DNA from: Eledone cirrhosa
Lineage: Eukaryota
Reading direction: 5' to 3'
Length of the DNA stretch: 64,000 nt
Assembly: GCA_964016885.1 (NCBI GenBank)
Contig: OZ024740.1
Location: 154,628,001-154,692,000 of the forward strand
The translations under genes were made by a program, and so were the position numbers. Shown here piece after piece: positions 53,601 through 64,000 of this stretch; positions within the stretch are counted from its first letter, which is position 1, and every line of letters begins with the position of its first letter. The notes beneath the pieces are model-generated. The model had not been told where the DNA came from, made no database searches, and saw nothing but the letters and a program-made list of their open reading frames with translations.

Positions 53601-53836
53601 ACACATATATAGCATCATCACCATTATCATCATCATAGTTTAACATCCATTTTCCATGTAGGTATGTGTTAAACGTGTTGTCCCATTGGATTCAGTTTGA
53701 AACTGGTTAGACCATTACTCACCAGAGTATTTGATACTTAGGATAGTAGAGTATAGTTATATAATAAAGAGTCGGGAACTAGCAGTTGAAATGGCAAGAG
53801 CTCAGACGTTGGGGTCCTGATTCTTTATTATATATA

Positions 53837-54954
53837 CTAGCAGAAAAAACAACCCTTCGCGTGGCTTTCTGTTAGCATGTGTAGTGTGTATATTGATATT
53901 ATACGCAGGTATTTATACATGTAGAGATGATACATCAAATAAAATCGTATTGACAATATATAATACATAGAAATTGAACGAAGACTGCCTTACACTGTCT
54001 TATGTAATCAGTAACGTAATCCATGATACATTAAAAAAGACGATATTATATATAAACTGCATTAGGAGAAAATTAGTGACAGAAAATTAGTATGTTTATT
54101 TAAGCGATGGGCAACCGGAAGTGTTGACATTTCAGAAATTTTAAAGAAGTCCCGCACTCCTTACTTTATTATAGTTTAGATGAGTTTTTAAAAAAAGAGT
54201 TAATAAATAAATAAAACGTTATACTTGTTTTGCCGTCCCATTTCCAATTAAACCGAACGCTATCATGACTGTATGTGTGTGTTTGTGTAAATGTATATGT
54301 GTGAATGCATGTTTGTGTGAAAGTATATGTGTGAATGTATGTATATTTGTGTGAAAGTATGTATGTTTGTGTGAAAGTATGTATGTTTGTGTGAATTAAG
54401 TTTGTGTTTGCGCGATTATAGTTATATACTCATAATAGTTATATACTCATACATATAGATGTATGTATGTGCACAATTATACGCGTTAGGTGTAGAAAAT
54501 CATAATCTCTCTATCTCTCTCATCACAAACTCTCTCTCTTTTTATATTGAAATGGGGGTGGTGGCAACGATATACCGGAAGTGCAACTTTGAAAAGAAGT
54601 CAATTTAAAATTATTTACTTTTACGAAATTATTTTTGTTTACGAAATTTAGTAGATAAATTATGTAATATTCATTCATTATTTATTCAAAGTGGGCGGTG
54701 GATTGGCAGTATTGGTAGAGTGTCGGACGCCATGCTTTGACGTATAGAGTCACGGCCCTTGCCATTCTGAGTTCAAGTCCCGACGAGGCTAACATTGCCT
54801 TTGATCCTACCAGTAATGCACTGGGTAATTGCTGGCCTTGTGCCTAACGTAGAAACAATTATTTATTCAAAGTAATCCAACTTATTTTACAAGCGGGATA
54901 AAAAAAAATAAACTGTACGCAATCCCGCAGACCTTCCTTTATTATAGTTTAGAT
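53837..54954 (-). mobile_element. Composite non-autonomous Helitron with two 5' ends and a full SINE (54692-54862)
   Basis: On the minus strand, 5' A|TCTAAACTATAATAAAG occurs at 54181 and 54954, and the 3' end is a hairpin followed by CTAG|T at 53837. The SINE TSD is ATTATTTATTCAAAGT. Confidence 0.7.
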
Positions 54955-55521
54955 AATAAAGAATCTTATATCATTTTATTGATTATTTTGTTACTGTTAT
55001 ATATATTTTAATAGTATCTATTGTGTAACAAATACGACCTCATCAAACAGCTATAGTGTAATCATTTGTTGAACGTGTGATATGTCCCAGACGGGTTTGG
55101 ATGTTACTCCTCCAATGCCCAGCTGACATATGGATTCAGTATAAGACTCTCCTGCTAGCATCACTTGGTGGAGTGTTCAGCCAATCCTTTTGGTTGAGTT
55201 TTACTCATCTTCTTGATCACTCCATTTTGGTTAAAGTTTAATTTGATCCTATAAGTTTTGGAGTTGGCGGCATTGGAGTATTATGTCAGTCAGTATTTTC
55301 GGTATCTGTAGTTGTAGCATTCGCTTTCCCAGCAGGGGGGGGGGTCTTCATATTTGATTGATTTTATGGCATTAATACAAGTGTAAAGCTTTCCATGTTT
55401 ATGTGTGATGGTCCGACAACAAAACCAGGAATAACAAACAAATAACTAGCTCTGGCTGTCAGTACAAAATACCACCATTATTTTAGTTTCAAGTGTTAGA
55501 GAATATCCTATTATTAGGATT

Positions 55522-55624
<103 letters not shown>

Positions 55625-56467
55625 CGTGGTTGTGGTAGCAGGAATCTCTGTTATGACCTCATAGTTGTTCATGTACTCTATTATAAATCCCCTCATAACA
55701 ATTAAAAATAAAGGTAAAAATGATTCAGGTTGTAACTAAATATTGAAAATGTATAAATATATATATATATAAACAATGTTGTCTCTGATCGAGACGAAGC
55801 GAGAGTGTATTTGAATACATATAAAAATGAGAAAACTCATCGCTAGAACAACCGTTAAAACAGCCAAATACTATCAAAGACAGAGATGGGCAAAAATGCC
55901 TCAGAGAAGAGAGACCAGCGACCAGTGGTCAACAGAGAGACAATCCACAAGGTGGGTGATAGGCAGATGAAATATAGAAATGTTGATAGAGGAAAAGGAC
56001 AAGGAGAAGTGCACTGGTACACAGAGGTGACTGGAAGAAGGAAATGAAGAAAGGCGATGTAGAAGACAAGTTTACACACACATCTTCACCCTTATCAGCT
56101 CTCAAACCAGCAACATGGTTTTCATGATTTAATTGAGAGTAATATTTTAAAACGCTGAATTGTGCAATGGAAAAATATATATTTCTGCTGGTATGATGTG
56201 TGTGTGATAAAACAAACAGCACAAATTTACTGTTACTGCCGCTACATAGCAAGTGTAAGAAAGTGTACAGAAAATGGGAAGTAAGTGTACAGTAAGTTTG
56301 GAAAAGTGTGCAATAAGCTGTGGTAAAGTGTGTGATAAGTTACAAGAAGCATGTAGTAAATGTAAGAAGGTTTGCAGAAGGTGTCCAGCAAGTGTGACAA
56401 AGTGAGAAATTGTTCAGTAAGGGTATGTAAGCATGCAGTAAGTTTACGAAGTAAACTCTAGAGTGAT

Positions 56468-56683
56468 TTAACCCTTTAGCATTTACATTACTCTATATTT
56501 ACTATTGTATTTTCACGCTAAAGTCTTTATCTCATATAATATCGAATCTATGACATTTTGATATTATTTATTTTGAGAACAATAACTTAACATCAGTATG
56601 AGTAGCAAGTTACAACCAGTTTGAATAGAAAGAAGTGAGAGAATTCTGACTGGATACAGCTGGTTTAAATGCTAACGGATTAA
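56468..56683. mobile_element. piggyBac-type MITE
   Basis: TTAA-CCCTTTAGCATTTA ... TAAATGCTAACGGA-TTAA imperfect TIRs with TTAA TSD. Confidence 0.7.
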
Positions 56684-57719
56684 ACCTTGTCTTTACTAGA
56701 TTTCTAATGTACTACACTACCTAATTTTCAAACAATTTTGAAAATAATCAAGAATTTGGAAGGGTTAATAATGTAACTAACTTTCTCATCATTGAATTGT
56801 TGTTTGGAACATAACTTAACAACATAAAATTACAATAAAGCAATTTTAGATAAAACAGTTTCAAATAACACTTTAAAATAAATTGTTTTGTTTCGTTACA
56901 TCAAGGAGTACTTTCAGGATGTTTGAAATACATAGATCAGTGTCTTTCATATGCAATGTTACCATATTCCTCAAAAGAGACACTGGCCTATGCATTTCCA
57001 TTTGTTTTGAAAATACTGAAGAATTTAGTAACACAGCTTAACTTCTATGTTATTAAGCTAATTTTCAATTTAAATATAAACACTTTAAAAGGAGTGGTTT
57101 CATATCATATTACTGTTATAGATGGGTTGGGATTAAAAGTGCTAAGTTGTTGTTTTTGCTGTTGTTTAACACCAGGTCAGCTCTGGTTCAGTAGACCTCT
57201 TGTCAAATATATTCCAACCAGGTCTATCTTCATCTTTTGGAAGGTACTAACATCTACATTATTGAATTCATTTGCCTTTTTTCAAGATGGTAAGGTGTAA
57301 TATGAGGAAATTTGGATGCTATTTCTAGCATAGTCAGCAACTTCATAGAGACTACTTTAGTGGCTCAAAATAATTTTAGTTGAATAGATTGATGATAAAC
57401 ATGATACACTCTTCTTTCACTCTGTCATTGCATATCTAGAAGTACATTGTCCAACATGTCTCTGGGTTTTTAAGACAGTAAGATGTAAGTTCAGGGATAT
57501 TTTTCTGCTATATCTAGCAAGTTGAGAGACCACATAGATGTGTCATAGTCCCTGTAGTCGTTTTTAATAGTGTGAGATGAGACTTTAGTGTCCTTTAGTG
57601 ACCTTATGATAATATGTAATAACTATGTTGATGTTCAGTCAGCCATTGAATGTCTCATGCATTGCATGTTGGCATGAAAATAAATACAGCTAAGATGAAG
57701 ATATTATCTGCTGGTATGT

Positions 57720-57903
57720 AGATTGGCAGTATCGGTAGAGGGTCAGATGCCATGCTTTGATGCATGGAGTTACGGCCCTTACCATTCTGAGTTCAAATCC
57801 CGCCGAGGTTAACTTGGCCTTTCATCCTTACAGGATCGATAAAATAAAGGACCAGTAATGCACTGGATAATTGCTGGCCTTGTGCCAATATAGAAACAAT
57901 TAT
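57720..57903 (+). mobile_element. SINE with 17-bp TSD
   Basis: ATTATCTGCTGGTATGT on both sides. Confidence 0.9.
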
Positions 57904-57929
57904 CTGCTGGTATGTCATTTTTCTAGAGG

Positions 57930-59560
57930 AAAAGTAAACCCCTATACTTAGCTTTTGTTGACTTGGAGAAAGCCTTTGACAGAGTCCCACGCCCCATTAT
58001 CTGGTGGGCTCTCAGAAAACTAGGTGTTGACGAATGGCTTGTGAGAGCTATACAAGCCATGTATAAAGAAACAGTCAGCAAGGTTAGAATTAACAACGAA
58101 TATAGTGAAGAGTTTAGTGTAAAAGTTGGTGTTCATCAGGGCTCGGTCCTTAGCCCCCTCCTATTTATTATTGCCCTTCAGGCTATAACAGAGGAGTTCA
58201 AGACCGGCTGCCCATGGGAACTCCTATATGCAGATGATCTAACGCTCATAGCTGAATCAATGGCTGAACTAGAGAAGAAATTCCAAACATGGAAGCATGG
58301 CCTAGAATCAAAGGCCTTAAAATTAACCTGTCTAAGACTAAAGTTCTAGTTTGTAGGAAGGAAAATAGGGCACTGGTTCCATCTGGGAAATGGCCATGCT
58401 CAGTGTGTAGGAAAGGAGTAGACAGAAACTCGATTTTATGTCCCAAATGCAAAGTATGGGTGCATAAAAGATATAGTGGGATCACAGGTAAGCTAACTAA
58501 GAATATAGATTTTATATGTGGCCGGTGCTCAGGTGCAATAAGTAGCAGCATGTGCCCACTGAATACTAGCTCGTTCCATTGCACAGATGGTTCTATAGAA
58601 ATAGTGGACACCTTCCGTTACCTGGGTGACAAAATCAGCAGTGGTGGAGGGTGCTCTGAAAGTACAGTAGCTAGAGTCAGAACGGGATAGAATAAGTTCA
58701 GAGAGCTTATACCACTATTGGCCGCGAAAGGTTTCTCTCTAAAAATGAAAGGCAGGCTGTATGATGCCTGCATACGAACAACAATGTTACATGGCAGTGA
58801 GACTTGGGCATTGTGTGCAGAGGATATACGCAGACTGGAGAGGAACTAAGCTTGCATGCTCCGTTGGATGTGTTATAGTAATATACGTGAACGGCAAAGC
58901 ATAAATGAACTAAGGGAGAAATTAGGAATAAGAGGGATCGGATGTTGTTTACTCGAGAGAAGACTACGTTGGTATGGTCACGTGATGCGCATGAAAGACG
59001 ACAGCTGTATAAAAAAGTGCAGGGCGATAAAAATAGACGGTAGCCACGGAGTAGGCAGACCCAGAAAAACCTGGGACGACTTCATAAATTCCGACCTCAT
59101 ACACTTACACCTCTCCAAGACAATGTCACTGGACCGAGATCTTTGGCGCTACACAGTCATACAGAAGACCCGCCTTGCCTAAGTACAAAGCGAAACCTAC
59201 AGTCAGTAGGCTCCTCTTAACAATACACCCCGTCCCACTACCCCCACCCCATCCACACCACCCCTTTCTCTGTAAAGTTATGTTGGTACCACAACATCCA
59301 GTCCTAAATAAATGAGGTCGTGTAGGTGTCACGACAAAAAAACACACAGTCCACGCTGTAATGTGGCCGTGTAGGTAACACGGTAAAAACCTCCCAGTCC
59401 ACACTGTAAACGTGGTTGGTGTTAGGAAGGGCATCCAACTGTAGAAAACCCGCCAGACAGTCCTATACGAGCAAGACAACCACTCTTGCCTCAAGTTGCA
59501 AAATTCCCGTCCAAACCCATGCTAGCATGGAAGATAGACGTTAAACGATGATGATGATGA
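57930..59560 (+). mobile_element. 5'-truncated RTE LINE with (GAT)n tail
   Basis: DLEKAFDRVP, VGVHQGSVLSPLLF, LLYADDL, Cys-rich insert, RRLRWYGHV, GRPRKTW; tail GATGATGAT. Confidence 0.92.
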
Positions 59561-60462
59561 GGTTCCACCATACTCAGTGGCAAGATTCTGAAAATGTCAG
59601 TGAATTCAAGAAGGCACCACCTTCACTGCCATAGTTCATGGTAAAGATGTGATATATGTCTGCATTAATTGTGTACGAGCTGCATTCTGTTGTTTTCAGA
59701 ACTGGCTATAGTCTACAACAGAGATGCGTCTGATCACAAAAATCTGCATCTATTGAGTGTTCGAGTGTTCATTTGCATCACCCTCCTTTTTGGTTGTAAG
59801 ATGTGATCAATGAGAAAGTTGGATTTATGCAAGCTGGAATTTTCTGATTATTATGCCTTTGCTGAATCCTCCATGTTCACACACTGGATTTTGTCCATAA
59901 CTCTGAAATTCATTGACACTACTCAGAAAGCAATTCTGTTAGTTTGGTCATACACTTTGCCACCCATGATGTAAACTCCTCTACCATGAAATTATGCCAG
60001 AGCCACTTCTGATTTTCAGCTAACATTTGGCCCTTACATATATGGTGTCCACTGCTATAATCATGGCTGGCTTCCAATATATTTGTTGGGTGTCTGTGAT
60101 CACCGTGCATGAGCAGTTTCTGTTCATGATGTTGGAAATGCATTGGTTGAAGAAGACTTAACCCATCCTTGGTGAACACTAATACACATACAAGTACAAG
60201 TGTAGATTTTAAATTAAAAATTAAATCTATTTTAATTTCAGTTTGGAATATTATATTTAGATGGATACCAACATTTTATTCAACCTGAAAAATCTGATAT
60301 CAAATACTGGACGCAGATTCCCCCAAAAAATCCAAAGAAAAACCACATTGTTCAGCACCATATTTATAAAACTGCTAGTTTACAAAATGATACTTGTATT
60401 TCGGAAAACCGTAAGTACTAAAGTCACTTTTCTGCATACTTTTATCCAACTTTTATTTTTTA

Positions 60463-61818
60463 TGGGGTACATTGTTTTAGAAACCTGTCATATGAGGTAC
60501 ATTGACTGATAAATTTGTCTTATGAGATACATTGACCGATAAATCTGTCTTATGGGGTACATTGACTGACAAACCTGTCTTGTGAGGTACAGTGTCTGAT
60601 AAACCTATTTTATGAGGTGCATTGACTGACCAACCTGGCTTTTGGGGTACATTGTTTTAGAAACCTGTCTTATGAGGTACATTGACTGATAAACCTGTCT
60701 TGTGAGGTACACTGTCTTACAAACTTGTTTTAAGATGTAGATTGTCTAACAAACTTATCTTATTGGATAAAACTGTCTTTTGGAGTACATTGACTGATAA
60801 ATCTGTCTTATGGGCTACATTGACTGATAAATCTGTCTTATGGGGTACATTGACTGATAAATCTGTCTTATGGGGTACATTGACTGATAAATCTGTCTTA
60901 TGGGGTACATTGACTGATAAAACTGTCTTATGGGTGCATTGACTGATAAAACTGTCTTATGGGTGCATTGACTGATAAATCTGTCTTTTGGGGTACATTG
61001 ACTGATAAATCTGTCTTATGGGGTGCATTGACTGATAAATCTGTCTTATGGGTGCATTGACTGATAAAACTGTCTTTTGGGGTACATTGACTGATAAATC
61101 TGTCTTATGGGGTGCATTGACTGATAAATCTGTCTTATGGGTGCATTGACTGATAAATCTGTCTTTTGGGGTACATTGACTGATAAATCTGTCTTATGGG
61201 TGCATTGACTGATAAAACTGTCTTTTGGGGTACATTGACTGATAAATCTGTCTTTTGGGTGCATTGACTGATAAAACTGTCTTTTGGGGTACATTGACTG
61301 ATAAAACTGTCTTATGGGTGCATTGACTGATAAAACTGTCTTATGGGGTACATTGACTGATAAAACTGTCTTTTGGGGTGCATTGACTGATAAATCTGTC
61401 TTATGGGGTACATTGACTGATAAAACTGTCTTTTGGGTGCATTGACTGATAAAACTGTCTTATGGGGTACATTGACTGATAAAACTGCCTTATGGGTGCA
61501 TTGACTGATAAAACTGTCTTATGGGGTACATTGACTGATAAATCTGTCTTTTGGGTGCATTGACTGATAAATCTGTCTTATGGGGTACATTGACTGATAA
61601 AACTGTCTTATGGGGTACATTGACTGATAAATCTGTCTTATGGGGTACATTGACTGATAAATCTGTCTTATGGGTGCATTGACTGATAAAACTGTCTTAT
61701 GGGGTACATTGACTGATAAATCTGTATATAGGGTACATTGACTGATATATCTGTCTTATGGGGTACATTGACTGATAAATCTGTCTTATGGGGTACATTG
61801 ACTGATAAATCTGTCTTA
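60463..61818 (+). repeat. 29/30-bp minisatellite, roughly 45 units
   Basis: Units GGGGTACATTGACTGATAAATCTGTCTTAT and GGGTGCATTGACTGATAAAACTGTCTTAT. Confidence 0.95.
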
Positions 61819-61989
61819 AAGTAATTTTTACCCAATTTCTCTTATATGCCGATCAAAGTGAGAATTGGGCTTAAATTTAATATATTTTAATACTTCTCTG
61901 TGTGGATTATTAGTTTATTAATTTATTAATATATCTTGTCCTTTCATTGAGATTCTTAAGTATTAGAGACAATTACTTTATAAAGTTGT

Positions 61990-62032
<43 letters not shown>

Positions 62033-62264
62033 AACCAGTAAGACCCCGACAGCTGAGCTGTATGTGTGTGTGTGTGTTTATATGCATATGTAGAATAATC
62101 TGTGTATATATATGTATATGAAATAAACTGTATTAGAGACAGTTAACTTTGTAGTATTATATATTAATAATGACTGCTCCTTCGTTGTTTTGAGCTGATT
62201 TAGGCGGTTTTTGGCTGCTATTTCTAGCATCGATATAAGTTCATAGTATTGTCCTGATACACTG

Positions 62265-62395
62265 AGTGTGATGAAAGAGCTTTGACAATATAAAAACAAC
62301 CATCCGGTTATCGAACCAAACAGCCAACCAAAAATTTATAATACAGGTGCATGTGTTTTTATTGGCAGCATGACCCTCTCAAAGTATAACAATAT
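62265..62395 (+). mobile_element. Single arm of the fold-back/hammerhead family
   Basis: GTGTGATGAAAGAGCTTTGACAAT..GCATGACCCTCTCAAAGTATAACAATAT followed by (TA)n. Confidence 0.7.
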
Positions 62396-62438
62396 ATGTA
62401 TATATATATACATATATACATATATATATGTATATATA

Positions 62439-63305
62439 TGTCCCAAATGCAAAGTATGGGTGCATAAAAGATGTAGTGGGATCACAGGTAAACTATCTAA
62501 GAACGTAGATTTTTATATGTGACCAGTGCTCAGGTTCAATAAGTAGCAAGTGCCCACAGGATACTAGCTCCTTCTATTGCCCAGATGGCTCTATAGAAAT
62601 AGTGGACACCTTCCATCAGCTGGGTGACAAAATCAGCAGTGGTGGAGGGTGCTCAGAAAGTACAGTAGCCAGAGTCAGAACGGGATGGAATAAGTTCAGA
62701 GAGCTTATACCACTATTGACCACTAAAGGTTTCTCTCTAAAAATGAAAGGCCGACTGTATGATGCCTGCATACGAACAGCTATGTTACATGGCAGTGAGA
62801 CTTGGGCATTGTGTGTAGAGGATCTGCGCAGACTGGAGAGGAACGAAGCTTGCATGCTCTGTTGGATGTATAATAGTAATATACGTGAACAGCAAAGCAT
62901 AAATGAACTAAGTGAGAAATTAGGTATAAGAGGGATCAGATGCTGTTTACTCGAGAGAAGACTACGTTGGTATGGTCACGTGATGCGCACACCCCTTTCA
63001 ATGTAAAGTTATGTTAGTACTACAACATCCAGTCCTAAATAAATGAGGTCGTGTAGGTGTCACGACAAAAAACATGCATTCCACACTGTAATGTGGCCGT
63101 GTAGGTAACACGGTAAAAACCTCCCAGTCCACACTGTAAACGTAGCTGGTGTTAGGAAGGGCATCCAGCCATAGAAAACCTGCCAGACAGTCCCATACGA
63201 GCAAGACAACCAATCTTGCCTCAAGTGGGACAATTCCCGTCTAAACCCATGCTAGCGTGGAAGATAGACGTTAAACGATGATGATGATGATGATGATGAT
63301 GATGA
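62439..63305 (+). mobile_element. Internally deleted copy of the 57930-59560 RTE
   Basis: Matches 58439-58990, then jumps to the 3' UTR at about 59258. Confidence 0.9.
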
Positions 63306-63362
63306 ATGATGATTTTCTTCGAATTAAAAAGTTCTAGTCCTGTAGAAGCCATTTCTATATTG

Positions 63363-64000
<638 letters not shown>

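Noticed and set aside
59570-60180. Possible DNA-transposase relic
   Set aside because: Coding-like composition, but no motif I could assign with confidence.
60463-61818. CRISPR-like array
   Set aside because: Units are contiguous with no unique spacers, there are no cas genes, and the context is eukaryotic. It is a minisatellite.

Overview
AT-rich, microsatellite-dense animal DNA made almost entirely of transposable elements. The repeat landscape looks like a cephalopod such as Octopus, but that is inference only. Recognisable parts: RTE-clade LINEs (1-2340 minus, 5930-7560, 57930-59560, 62440-63305, 63500-64000); about 20 copies of a tRNA-derived SINE; one intact tRNA-Leu(CAG) gene; a mariner remnant; a Penelope-like element with ~1 kb inverted terminal repeats; an 18-kb same-strand array of Tx1/L1-clade retrotransposons sitting in TATC-rich spacer repeats; CR1-type and CRE-type fragments; non-autonomous Helitrons; hAT and piggyBac-type MITEs; several minisatellites; and one possible host exon. 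Two features stand out. First, minimal type I hammerhead-ribozyme motifs recur, several in the arms of fold-back elements next to (TA)n tracts, consistent with a Penelope-driven family of non-autonomous ribozyme hairpin elements. Second, the Tx1 family appears to insert site-specifically into (TATC)n within a repeated spacer unit. All calls were made by eye, so coordinates of degraded elements are approximate.
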